DNA from: a virus
Taxonomy: Duplodnaviria; Caudoviricetes
Length of the DNA: 46,850 nt
IMG/VR virus record: IMGVR_UViG_3300028594_000069
Span: 1 to 46,850 of that record
Strand: one strand, 5' to 3'
Shown here one piece after another: positions 26,700 to 36,253 of the stretch; position 1 is the first letter of the stretch; each line of letters starts with the position of its first letter. Both the position numbers and the translations under genes were made by a program. The notes beneath the pieces are model-generated. The model saw only the letters and a list, made by a program, of their open reading frames with translations. It made no database searches and was not told where the DNA came from.

Positions 26700-27365
26700 A
26701 TGTTGACGATTCAAGAATTACTACGATTAAAAACGATGTATGACGCCGATAAAGGCGGAGCTGGAAATGGACAACCAACGGACGATAACCCGGAAGGCCG
26801 AGAAGGAAAAGAAGGCCAAGGAGAAGGGGATAATCCGGAAGGTTCGAACGAAGGAGAACCGCAAGATACCCCGGAAGGAAAAGACAATACCAAGACGTTC
26901 ACTCAAGAAGAGTTAGATCGAATCATCGCAGATCGCCTAGCGCGTGAACGTAAGAAGCAGGCGGACGAAGAGCAACGAATTCGCGATGAAGAGGAACGTA
27001 AAAGACTCGAAGAAGAGGGCGAATATAAAGAGCTTGCGGATAAACGTCAGAAAGAGATTGAACGTTTGCAAGCGATTGTTGACGAACAAAAAACGGAAAG
27101 AATTAACGCTAAGAAAGAAACGGCTTTAATTCAAGCCGGATATTCGGCAGAACAAGTCGAATTACTTTCGAAAACATTAACCGGAGAAACGGACGAAGAA
27201 TTGGCGGAAGAGGTTAAGAAGCTAACCGATACAATTCCGACTAAGCCGATTTATGCCGACCCTAGTTCCGGAAATGGTGCTAAGGATAAGCCGAAGAAAA
27301 CGGACTTGAATCAAAAAGGTAAATCGATGTTCCAGAGATTAAAAGAAAAAGGAAAAGTTAAGTAA
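26700..27365 (+). CDS. Capsid scaffolding protein
   Basis: KTFTQEELDRIIADRLARERKK, coiled coil, upstream of capsid genes. Confidence 0.85.
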   Translation: MLTIQELLRLKTMYDADKGGAGNGQPTDDNPEGREGKEGQGEGDNPEGSNEGEPQDTPEGKDNTKTFTQEELDRIIADRLARERKKQADEEQRIRDEEERKRLEEEGEYKELADKRQKEIERLQAIVDEQKTERINAKKETALIQAGYSAEQVELLSKTLTGETDEELAEEVKKLTDTIPTKPIYADPSSGNGAKDKPKKTDLNQKGKSMFQRLKEKGKVK

Positions 27366-27406
27366 GCACGCGCAAGCACGAACAATAAATTTAGGAGGAA
27401 TAAATA

Positions 27407-27778
27407 ATGCCTTACACTTTACAAACTGGCCGCGCTGATTTCCAAGGCGGTAAGAATATTCTAGCTTCCGAACATCTTCAATATTTGGAGGTCGGAGCAA
27501 CATTGGACGCACAAGCTTTCGGAGAAGGACATATCGAACTCGGAACGGCGATCGCACGTAACCAAAATACCGGAAAGTACGAGCCGTTCACTACAGCAGA
27601 AGGTTACGAAGACTTTGCGATCTTAAATATTGACGCAGATTGCAACGGGGAAGACGACATTATTGTTGGTGAGGTTATTATCCGCGGTTCTGTATATGAC
27701 GCAAAACTTCCGGACAATGTAACCGAAGAATTTAAGACACTAACTCAACCGCTAATTAGATACGTTAAAGACTATTAA
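27407..27778 (+). CDS. Head decoration/cement protein
   Basis: Size and position before MCP; GTAIARNQNTGKYEPF. Confidence 0.7.
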   Translation: MPYTLQTGRADFQGGKNILASEHLQYLEVGATLDAQAFGEGHIELGTAIARNQNTGKYEPFTTAEGYEDFAILNIDADCNGEDDIIVGEVIIRGSVYDAKLPDNVTEEFKTLTQPLIRYVKDY

Positions 27779-27828
27779 TTTGGACGAAAGCAGACGAAAA
27801 ATAAACGAATAATAAGGAGAGATTTTAA

Positions 27829-28851
27829 ATGGCAGGCATAACACATTTAGAGGAATTTCAGCAACCGGCATTGAGAGGTTTAGTTGACGAAACAGTAAGC
27901 GAAACTCAGCCGGGATTTGCTGACCGATTTCTACCAGACGAAAATACGTACGACATGAACTTTGCTTACGACATTATTAAATCGAATAAATATATCAGTC
28001 CTATGATCGGTTTCGGGGCGGAGCCTCCGGTAATTGACCGAAACGCAGTCGCAAATATGCACGGTGAGATTGCGAAAATGGGTCTTAAATCAATCGTTAC
28101 GGAAGAGGAGCTATTGAAACTTCACCAAGCACGTAGCGCTGGCGAAAGAAGCCAAATGATCGAAAACCTTTCCGTAGATGGGATCGAACTTGTACAAGCG
28201 ATTCAACGTAGAGTTTTCGTAATCAAAGCGGAAGCACTAACGAAAGGTAAATTCGATTATAAGAAGCATGGCGTAGAGGTTACTGTTCCGTTCCATATTC
28301 CGGAAACAAACAAGGTTGCGCTAACTGGCGACAACACTTGGGCGAACGAAGATCATGACGTTATTGGCGACCTATTAAATTGGGTTCAAGCTTACGAAGA
28401 CGAGAACGGAGAAGCACCTTCCACGATCTATATGTCCCGTGAAGTTCAAGCATTGCTTCTAAAGAACAACGTAATTGTAACGGAAGCAGTCGGACATGGT
28501 TCTTCTGGACGTAACCGTGTATCTGTAGACGAACTACAATCCGTTCTAGGTGGGTACGGCTTACCTCCGGTAGAGATCGTAACAGACCGTAAAGTAACGT
28601 CTAAAAGCCCGTACACTGGCGAGATCGAAACAATCGAATTCTTCCCGGTTAACCGCGTAGTCATGCTTTCGGAAGGTATTGGTAATTATCTATACGGCCC
28701 TACGGTAGAGAACGAATTCGAGCCGGGCATTATCCTCGAAGCTAAGGATAAGGACGAGCCTATTCAGTCTATCTTACGTGCAGTTGCAGCAGGATTCCCT
28801 GTAATCGAACAACCGGGCAGAATCTTCCACGCTGACGTTTATACTCCGTAA
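27829..28851 (+). CDS. Major capsid protein (lambda gpE-like)
   Basis: 340 aa, position, IGFGAEPP, GPTVE. Confidence 0.85.
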   Translation: MAGITHLEEFQQPALRGLVDETVSETQPGFADRFLPDENTYDMNFAYDIIKSNKYISPMIGFGAEPPVIDRNAVANMHGEIAKMGLKSIVTEEELLKLHQARSAGERSQMIENLSVDGIELVQAIQRRVFVIKAEALTKGKFDYKKHGVEVTVPFHIPETNKVALTGDNTWANEDHDVIGDLLNWVQAYEDENGEAPSTIYMSREVQALLLKNNVIVTEAVGHGSSGRNRVSVDELQSVLGGYGLPPVEIVTDRKVTSKSPYTGEIETIEFFPVNRVVMLSEGIGNYLYGPTVENEFEPGIILEAKDKDEPIQSILRAVAAGFPVIEQPGRIFHADVYTP

Positions 28852-28895
28852 TCAGGCGAACACAGACGAACGAACTTAAACGAAGGAGGGGTTAA

Positions 28896-29108
28896 ATGGC
28901 GAAAGTAAAGATCGAGGCAGTCGGCGCATACATTGACGGCCATGCGCCCGGCTCCGAGATTGAAGTGGAAGAAGATTCCGCAAAGTATTTAGAAAGTATC
29001 GGCTATGCGAAAGTTTTAGGAACGGCAAAGAAGAGCGCTCCTAAACGAAAACAAACGCAGTCGAAGGCGAAACAGGGCGAAGCGAAAGCCGAAGGAGAAA
29101 CGAAATAA
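28896..29108 (+). CDS. Small head-associated protein
   Basis: PGSEIEVEEDSAKYLESIGYA plus basic tail, after MCP. Confidence 0.65.
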   Translation: MAKVKIEAVGAYIDGHAPGSEIEVEEDSAKYLESIGYAKVLGTAKKSAPKRKQTQSKAKQGEAKAEGETK

Positions 29109-29121
29109 GGAGGGACGTTAA

Positions 29122-29505
29122 ATGGCTTCGAAAAAAGAGTTATCGGATCAACTGTTAACACGGCTTAAAGACGTTCCTAATGTAGATAGCGAAGATACCG
29201 ACGCTTGGATCGATCGCTCACTTATGGAACACGGATTCGATTCAGAAGCCGACGTTCCTCAAGACCAAGTGCTTCTCGTAATGCTTTACGCAGAGTGGGA
29301 CGCATGTTTGCAGATCGCTTTCAAGGCGGCTCACTACTTCGAATATAAAGACTCGGATCAAACAGTAGATAAACGGAATGTATCCGAACAATACCGGCAG
29401 ATTGCGGTTGAACTTAGGAAAGAATACGACCGTAAGAAAGCGGAAGGTTCTGGCGGAGTAGGAGGCGCAAGATTCCGAGTGGCTAGGCGAGTTGATAGAA
29501 GATAA
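29122..29505 (+). CDS. Head-tail adaptor
   Basis: Size and synteny. Confidence 0.6.
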   Translation: MASKKELSDQLLTRLKDVPNVDSEDTDAWIDRSLMEHGFDSEADVPQDQVLLVMLYAEWDACLQIAFKAAHYFEYKDSDQTVDKRNVSEQYRQIAVELRKEYDRKKAEGSGGVGGARFRVARRVDRR

Positions 29506-29533
29506 CTAAAAATAAAGGAGGTATGGAATTTAA

Positions 29534-30433
29534 ATGTCGGAAACACAAGTCAACGAAACGATAGACGATATATACGAAAAGGTGACGAACAAGTTGCCGA
29601 TGTTGAACGGTCGAGTACGAAGGGCTGCCGAACGAGGACGGCTAGTAATAGCGGATATTCTCGCTAAGCATACGAGTACCGACGGAACCATACCTCGCAA
29701 TCAACTTAACGCAGTATTAACGGAACTTATGACGATTGAACCGATCATTTACCGACAACTTCGGACGGAGCTTAATGCGATCGTCGGAGAGGTTTCCGCA
29801 GATACAACCGAGGAATTATCTAACGCCATTTATGCGATCTTTGGCATAGCGGCTTTAGCAGGATTCGCCGGAGTTAGCGCGGTTGCTATCGAGCAACTAG
29901 GCGAAGGAGCTGCGGAAGCTTTGTTTAATGCATTGACGGGATTTACGTATAAGGGATACCAAGATTCGGTCGTACGTTCAACGTTTAATCGGATCGGAGA
30001 AAGTGATGATCTAACGCTAACCAATCGGCTTAGAAATGCGGCTACAACTATTCGGAGAGAGGTTTCGAACACACTTCGAGAAAGTATTCGAACAGGCGAA
30101 GGAACTTCGGAAATGATTCGAAAGGTTGACCGTGATTTCAAGTCGTTAGAATGGCGGTTGGATTCACTTACTGAAACCGAAACTTTGTACGCTATGAGGC
30201 AGACGATCGCTAAGTTCGCCGAAGATTCGGAAATGGTCACAGCGTTAAGAATTATCGACTATCCTCACGGAGACCCTGCGGAGCATAGACGTCATAGATG
30301 CTATATCTACTCGCATTCAGACGAGCACGGATTAGGCGAAGGAGTATATCCGGTAGGTACGAGAAAGATACGTAATCCTCACCCTCGCTGTAGAAGTACG
30401 CTCCATTTCGTTATGGTTGACGCGCTAAAGTAA
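29534..30433 (+). CDS. Minor head morphogenesis protein (SPP1 gp7/MuF-like)
   Basis: LDSLTETE, C-terminal HPRCRS. Confidence 0.65.
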   Translation: MSETQVNETIDDIYEKVTNKLPMLNGRVRRAAERGRLVIADILAKHTSTDGTIPRNQLNAVLTELMTIEPIIYRQLRTELNAIVGEVSADTTEELSNAIYAIFGIAALAGFAGVSAVAIEQLGEGAAEALFNALTGFTYKGYQDSVVRSTFNRIGESDDLTLTNRLRNAATTIRREVSNTLRESIRTGEGTSEMIRKVDRDFKSLEWRLDSLTETETLYAMRQTIAKFAEDSEMVTALRIIDYPHGDPAEHRRHRCYIYSHSDEHGLGEGVYPVGTRKIRNPHPRCRSTLHFVMVDALK

Positions 30434-30456
30434 TTAGGGCAGGAGGTAAAGGACGA

Positions 30457-30849
30457 ATGTTAACGAAAGCAGACATTGAACTTATACAAGAGACTCGCAA
30501 GGAAATCGAGCAGAATAGAACCGTTCCAGTGACGCTCTATAAAAAAGTCCCTATCGGAGAAAACCCTTTTACCGGAGTTATGGATTATGACGTAGAGGAC
30601 GTTCCGGCAGAGTGCGTTTGGAAGCCGTATATATCTATGAGTCCCGGTACGGAAGATAGAGTGATCGTAGAAGGAGTGGTCGCGGAGGCAGGCGACGCTT
30701 TTGCTACATTCGACTTATCGTACGACTTGGACGGCGTAGATAAACTCAAGCATGGACCTTCTGGCGAAGAATGGGCGGTTAAAGGGATCGATAAAATCGG
30801 CCTTGGAGAACCGAACAGGTATTACGTCCTTTTAGGAAAGGTTCGATAG
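30457..30849 (+). CDS. Head closure/stopper protein
   Basis: Synteny, beta-rich, ENPFTG. Confidence 0.55.
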   Translation: MLTKADIELIQETRKEIEQNRTVPVTLYKKVPIGENPFTGVMDYDVEDVPAECVWKPYISMSPGTEDRVIVEGVVAEAGDAFATFDLSYDLDGVDKLKHGPSGEEWAVKGIDKIGLGEPNRYYVLLGKVR

Positions 30850-30851
30850 AC

Positions 30852-31211
30852 ATGCCGAGATATTCGTTCGATTTCAGAGGAATTGATTCCGTTATTAAGC
30901 AACTAGGTTCCGGAGCAGCAAGGGACTTGGAGCGAGCGATTGACGACGATCTCCACGACGGGATTAAAGAGATGGCGAGAATTTCGTTTAACAATGCTCC
31001 CGTAGAGACAGGCGCACTAAAAACGAGCATTCTCAATTCCGTAAGGAGAATCGGAAGGAATCATTATATGTACGGTTCACACCTTCCGTACGCTCAACGT
31101 CAAGAGTACGAGCATAGATCGAAACGCTTTTACCTTCGAGATTCGTTCGTACGGACGGCTCCGAAGATAGCGGACAACATACGAGATACGATTCGAAGCA
31201 ATTTAGGATAG
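30852..31211 (+). CDS. HK97 gp10-like tail completion protein
   Basis: APVETGALKTSI, YAQRQEY, FYLRDS. Confidence 0.8.
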   Translation: MPRYSFDFRGIDSVIKQLGSGAARDLERAIDDDLHDGIKEMARISFNNAPVETGALKTSILNSVRRIGRNHYMYGSHLPYAQRQEYEHRSKRFYLRDSFVRTAPKIADNIRDTIRSNLG

Positions 31212-31264
31212 TTAAAAGATAGTTAAACGGATAGTTATAACGAAGGGAGGGGCAGATAACGACA

Positions 31265-31714
31265 ATGTTATACGGAATTATGCTTTCTCTCAGACGTCAT
31301 CTATCCGAAGAGGTTCCGGAAATAAATAAAGCCGTGATCCTTTACGACGGAATTAATTTAACCGGAATAGATCAACCGTTTGTCTCCTTGGAGGAAACTC
31401 CGAGCTTGTCCGATAAATTATCGGCTACTCGCGGTAGTTACCGAGAGACTTATAATTTGCAGCTCGGAATATTTGCGAATGATTACGAAGAGCGGTTGAA
31501 ACTTCAATCGAAAGTTAAGGACGCGATTCTTGACGTAGATATAACGTATTATGACGAAAACTTCGAGGATACAGGTCAAACGTTTACTTGCGAAGTTACA
31601 ACATTTACTCCGATCTCTAGCGATGACTTAGCGGACGAAACGAACAAGTTTCGAGGCTATTACGATATTTCCATCGAGTTATTGCGAGAAGGAGCGAATG
31701 TTTTTAACCAATAA
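31265..31714 (+). CDS. Tail terminator protein
   Basis: Synteny, PFVSL, before tail tube. Confidence 0.6.
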   Translation: MLYGIMLSLRRHLSEEVPEINKAVILYDGINLTGIDQPFVSLEETPSLSDKLSATRGSYRETYNLQLGIFANDYEERLKLQSKVKDAILDVDITYYDENFEDTGQTFTCEVTTFTPISSDDLADETNKFRGYYDISIELLREGANVFNQ

Positions 31715-31751
31715 GGAAAAAGAAAAAATATAAACGAAGGAGAGACGAAGA

Positions 31752-32171
31752 ATGGCGAAAATGACAGGGAAGAACGCTATGGTCGAAATTGATGTCGAAG
31801 GCACTTCCGTCCAAGTAATGGAGCTGCGTGAATGGTCTGTTTCCGTTTCTACGGAGAAGATCGATGCTTCTGCGGTTGGAACTGAATGGACGGATAGTAT
31901 CGACGGATTAAAGTCGTGGGAAGGTGAGGCGACTTGTATTTCAGCCGATCAGTATTGGTTAGAATTTTTGGGCAAACGTCCGTTAATTAAATTCTACGAC
32001 CATGAAGGGCAAGAAGAGCCAACGTACAAAGGACGAGCTTCTATCGACGTTGAACGAAGTGTTTCGTACGACGACGTAATCGAATCGACACTTACGTTTA
32101 CAGGTGCAGGACCACTCGAACAACCAAACGAGTCTGGCGCATCTGACGGCGGAGGAACAACAGGCGAGTAA
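31752..32171 (+). CDS. Major tail tube protein
   Basis: EWTDSIDGLKSWEGE, LTFTGAGPL. Confidence 0.85.
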   Translation: MAKMTGKNAMVEIDVEGTSVQVMELREWSVSVSTEKIDASAVGTEWTDSIDGLKSWEGEATCISADQYWLEFLGKRPLIKFYDHEGQEEPTYKGRASIDVERSVSYDDVIESTLTFTGAGPLEQPNESGASDGGGTTGE

Positions 32172-32193
32172 GGTATAACGACAAAGGAATTCC

Positions 32194-32246
32194 CCGCCTA
32201 TCTAGGGTAGCTCCCGAATCGCGTTATCCGAGCGCTTGGTAGGCGG
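32194..32246 (+). ncRNA. Structured cis-element (3-way junction) in tail chaperone leader
   Basis: CCGCCTATC/GGTAGGCGG outer stem, GGG-TAGCT-CCC and CGC/GCG inner hairpins. Confidence 0.5.
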
Positions 32247-32309
32247 TAATATATTTCGGAAATAATAAAAAAAACTAACACCTAATGGTGTTACTCGGAG
32301 GTTTTATAA

Positions 32310-32657
32310 ATGGCAAAATTAGATGTTTCAGCGATCAGAGAGAAAGTAATGGCGAATGATGATATTAAATACGAAGAGGTTTACGTAAAAGAGTGGGACG
32401 TTCATATCCCTGTACGAACACTAGCTTCCGCACAATTGAAGAAAGTAATGGAATATCGAGATGACGTTATTCGTATGCAATCCTTAGCGGTTATCTACGG
32501 TTGTGAAACGGAAGACGGAGAAAAAGTGTTTAAGGAAACCGACCTCGCTAAATTGGAGCAAGAAAAGTCCTTCGGAGCCATTGCTAAGGTTGCGGAGCGT
32601 ATACTTGAGTTGAGTGGATTCGGTGATAAGACGGAGGAGGAAGCAAAAAACGCCTAA
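32310..32657 (+). CDS. Tail assembly chaperone (gpG-like)
   Basis: EEVYVKEW, DGEKVF, ILELSG, ends EAKNA; between tail tube and TMP. Confidence 0.85.
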   Translation: MAKLDVSAIREKVMANDDIKYEEVYVKEWDVHIPVRTLASAQLKKVMEYRDDVIRMQSLAVIYGCETEDGEKVFKETDLAKLEQEKSFGAIAKVAERILELSGFGDKTEEEAKNA

Positions 32658-32917
32658 AATCCGACCCGTACTTGCGCTCGCTCTATGAGATTGCGGAAGA
32701 GAAAAAAGTAACCGTGAGCGAGCTTACAGGTACTAGGCGGAAATATTCGAAAGTTAAGTTGCCCGAACGCGTCGCGCGGGCGTTTGGGTACGACGACAAC
32801 GAAGAAGCTGAAATTATTATCGAACATTACGACGAAGGTATATCCTCCGCAGAAATTCCATATATAGCGGCCTTCTGGGACATTAAGCGAGAAGAGGAAG
32901 AACGGAGAAATAAGTAG
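32645..32917 (+). CDS. -1 frameshift extension of tail chaperone (gpGT-like)
   Basis: Slippery A AAA AAC at 32645-32651; -1 frame is open and joins ORF 32672-32917. Confidence 0.8.
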   Translation, partial: KKRLKSDPYLRSLYEIAEEKKVTVSELTGTRRKYSKVKLPERVARAFGYDDNEEAEIIIEHYDEGISSAEIPYIAAFWDIKREEEERRNK

Positions 32918-32962
32918 CTGTCCAACGGAAGGATAATCCGCTAAGGAAGGAGGAAAATACGT

Positions 32963-35900
32963 TTGGCAGACAATAATACGAAGATGAATATAAGCTATTC
33001 GATACGTGCCATTGATCGGTTCTCTAGGGTACATGACAAGTTGGAACGACAATTACGGAACGTAGAACGAATGGCAGATAGAGCGACCGCAGACGAGGAA
33101 ATTAATATTGGAGCCGATACAAAAGAGGCTCAACGAAAGATAACAGAATTAGACGCAAGAATGGAAGGTATCGAAAGAAATACGGTCGATATAAACGCAA
33201 ATACTCGCGGAGCATACCGTAGTCTTATGAATTTGGAGAATGCGGTTGCCTTGGCGACAAGAGATCGAACGATCAATATTGACGTAGACGGTTCCTCAGC
33301 TACTTCGGGGGCTAGGCGAGTTCGACGTTCTATTAACTCTATTCCTAGAAGAATCCACGTTACAGCAACCGGTAACTGGCAAAAGTTCCGAAATGATATA
33401 CGCCGTACTGCGGACGCTATGAGGGACTTTGACGAAGTTATCGGAAGTATCGGGTTCGGGTTCCTTATCTCAATGTTATCGACAGTAGGGACTCATGCAA
33501 CCGTAGCAGCCGGAGGAATCGGCGCAATAGCATCTTCCTTAGTTTCGGCAGGTTTAGGTACAGCGGGATTTGCGGCTGTTGCAATACCTTCTATAAGTAA
33601 CGTTGTCGATGGGTACAATGATCTTAAAGATGCGTACGAAGCCGTTGAAGAGGCGTCGAACGAAGAGGAACGGGCGGAAGCGATAGAGGAGCTGGAAGCT
33701 TTAACCGGAGAATATACGGATACTCAACTCGAATCTATTTCCGCAATTAATGATTTTTCGAACGCATTTAGCGATTTTCAGTCACAGTTCGAACCACAGA
33801 TACTCGGAATGTTCAATGATTCATTAGTCATATTAATGGATTTACTGCATCGACTTGAACCCGCAATACAAGGTGTAACAGATACAGCAGAAGGACTCAT
33901 AGATTCGCTTGAACAAAATATTGAAGCCGAGGATATGCAGGCATTCTTTGATTGGGTTAACGATACAGCAGGACCTTATTTAGATAACTTAACTAAGGCG
34001 GTAGGAAACTTCATTGTAGGGTTCCTTAACATGATGGTCGCATTTGATCCATTAGCTCAATCGTTTATGGACGGATTCTTGGATATGTCCGAAAGTTTCC
34101 GTGATTGGTCTTCGACATTGGACGAGAACCAATCGTTCCAAGATTTTATAAGTTTCGTTCAAGAACATACGCCTACTGTATTAAGTTTAATCGGAAACAT
34201 GATTGATACGTTAATTAATTTTGGAATTGCGGCAGCTCCGGTTGCGACTAGAATTCTTGAACTAGCCGACAGCTTTTTCGAATGGATTGCCGGTATACTA
34301 GAGACGAATCAATGGCTCGCTCAATTAATTACGACAGTAACATTCGGGTACGGAGTATTTAGAATGTTTTATTTACCGATAAAAGTAATTGTAAGTCTAT
34401 TAAAGCCGTTAATAACTCTAGTAAGGAATAGTGGAGAAGCATTTAAAAAGCTTGGAGGAATCGTAGGTAAAGCAACACCTTTCCTTAAAAAGATTCTTAG
34501 CTGGATCGCCCGGTTTATACCAGTGATTGGCCCGGTAATTTCGATCGTCATGCTTTTAGCGGACGTAATTTTCGGAAACTGGGAAGCTATAGCTAACTTT
34601 ACGCAAGAAGTCTGGGGAATGATGCCGGACTGGATTACCGGACCATTAGAATCAATTTGGAGCGGAGTTACTACGGTATTTGGCGGAATTAAAGATTTCA
34701 TTTTCGGTTCTACGGCGGAAGCTGCCGAAAGTGTAGATACGAACTTTAATCAAATGAATACTTCGGTAAACAATACGCTTCCTCAGATGGATTCTACTAC
34801 GTCAACACACTTCGGAAATATGGATAGTACAACGAGCACTCATACAGGGAATATGGCGAGCACTTCCGCAACGAATCTCGGAAAGATGGATTCCAACTTT
34901 AACACGAACTTTAGCACGATGGAAAGTACGGTAGATACGAGCTTCTTAACGATGAACAGTTACGCTCAAGACCGTTTATCTAGTATGTACTCTACGACTT
35001 CTTCTCAGTTAGGAAATATGGAGTCCGACTTCTCCGGAAAACTTCCGTCCATGGATTCGTTAGTTGATTCGAACTTTTCTAGCATGGATTTTTCCGTAGA
35101 AGATTACATGGACAATATTTCGAGCACGACGTTCGAAGACCTAGATGGAATGGAAACCGACTTTTCTACTAGCCTATCAAATATAGACACGGACGTAAAC
35201 ACAAACTTTGCCGACATGGATTCGTCAATTAGCGGATATATGTCCGATATTTCCAGCACGGTAGATACGGAGCTATCAACAGTAGGAACCGGATTCTCGC
35301 AAAGCCTTACGCAGTTGAACAAGGCGACAAGCGCCAGCTTTAAGTCGATGGCTCAGACGATAAAGAGCGGAATGAACCAAGTGAATCAGTCGATTTCGCA
35401 AGGTTGGACGCTCGCAATTAAGTCAACGCGTTCGTCAACTTCTACGATCAACAGTACGGCGCATACGCAATTTAGCGCAATGTACCGTGGCGTAAATTCG
35501 TACATGAGGCAGGCGAACAGTACGGTAAGGTCAAACTGGAACTCAGCCGTTTCTTACCTACGAAGTATCAGCCTATACAGCACGGGAGCTAACGTCATGC
35601 AAGGATTCATTAACGGGATCAACAGCAGACGTTCTGGCTTAATCTCGGCAGTATCTTCGGCAGCTAACGCAGCAGTCCGAGCAGCTAACCGTCGTTTGAA
35701 AATCCACAGTCCATCTCGCGTATTCCAGCAGATCGGGGAGTATACGGGAGACGGATTTATTAATGGTATTCAACGGTCGGAAAAAGGCGTAGAGAAATCT
35801 TCCGGAGAGTTAGCGGCAAAGGCGATCCATACCGTATCGCATACGGCCGCCGTTGTTTCCGCCGTGGGAGAATCCGCATTTGAGTCAGCCGGAAAAGCTA

Positions 35901-36253
35901 TCGGAGAAAGTTTTGCGGACGCACTCGTGGACGAGACTATTCCTGCGATTATGCAGGTGGTAACAATGGTTACTCATGCCTCTTCCGTTATAAACGTATT
36001 GAGAAAGTCAATATCCAGATCGCCTTGTGCTTCTACCGGATATCTCGGAGGAAAGGCGGTAAAATCTCCGGGATATAACGGGAGTGCAAGCGAACAAGGT
36101 CGAAGTTTAACGCAACGAAGAGAAGACGAACGGCCTATTGTCGTAGAAGTACCGGTTTACTTGAACGGACGTCAAATTGCGAAGGCTTCTGCGGAAGATA
36201 TGTCGGAGGTTCAGAAACGCCGTGAAAATACGAGAGAAAAGTTTAGGGGGTGA
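32963..36253 (+). CDS. Tape measure protein
   Basis: 1096 aa helical, hydrophobic middle, 11-aa repeats, LKIHSPSRVF; TTG start. Confidence 0.92.
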   Translation: MADNNTKMNISYSIRAIDRFSRVHDKLERQLRNVERMADRATADEEINIGADTKEAQRKITELDARMEGIERNTVDINANTRGAYRSLMNLENAVALATRDRTINIDVDGSSATSGARRVRRSINSIPRRIHVTATGNWQKFRNDIRRTADAMRDFDEVIGSIGFGFLISMLSTVGTHATVAAGGIGAIASSLVSAGLGTAGFAAVAIPSISNVVDGYNDLKDAYEAVEEASNEEERAEAIEELEALTGEYTDTQLESISAINDFSNAFSDFQSQFEPQILGMFNDSLVILMDLLHRLEPAIQGVTDTAEGLIDSLEQNIEAEDMQAFFDWVNDTAGPYLDNLTKAVGNFIVGFLNMMVAFDPLAQSFMDGFLDMSESFRDWSSTLDENQSFQDFISFVQEHTPTVLSLIGNMIDTLINFGIAAAPVATRILELADSFFEWIAGILETNQWLAQLITTVTFGYGVFRMFYLPIKVIVSLLKPLITLVRNSGEAFKKLGGIVGKATPFLKKILSWIARFIPVIGPVISIVMLLADVIFGNWEAIANFTQEVWGMMPDWITGPLESIWSGVTTVFGGIKDFIFGSTAEAAESVDTNFNQMNTSVNNTLPQMDSTTSTHFGNMDSTTSTHTGNMASTSATNLGKMDSNFNTNFSTMESTVDTSFLTMNSYAQDRLSSMYSTTSSQLGNMESDFSGKLPSMDSLVDSNFSSMDFSVEDYMDNISSTTFEDLDGMETDFSTSLSNIDTDVNTNFADMDSSISGYMSDISSTVDTELSTVGTGFSQSLTQLNKATSASFKSMAQTIKSGMNQVNQSISQGWTLAIKSTRSSTSTINSTAHTQFSAMYRGVNSYMRQANSTVRSNWNSAVSYLRSISLYSTGANVMQGFINGINSRRSGLISAVSSAANAAVRAANRRLKIHSPSRVFQQIGEYTGDGFINGIQRSEKGVEKSSGELAAKAIHTVSHTAAVVSAVGESAFESAGKAIGESFADALVDETIPAIMQVVTMVTHASSVINVLRKSISRSPCASTGYLGGKAVKSPGYNGSASEQGRSLTQRREDERPIVVEVPVYLNGRQIAKASAEDMSEVQKRRENTREKFRG

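Noticed and set aside
28843-28880. +1 frameshift extension of major capsid protein
   Set aside because: Ends CCG TAA rather than CCC TAA, and the +1 frame stops after about 10 codons
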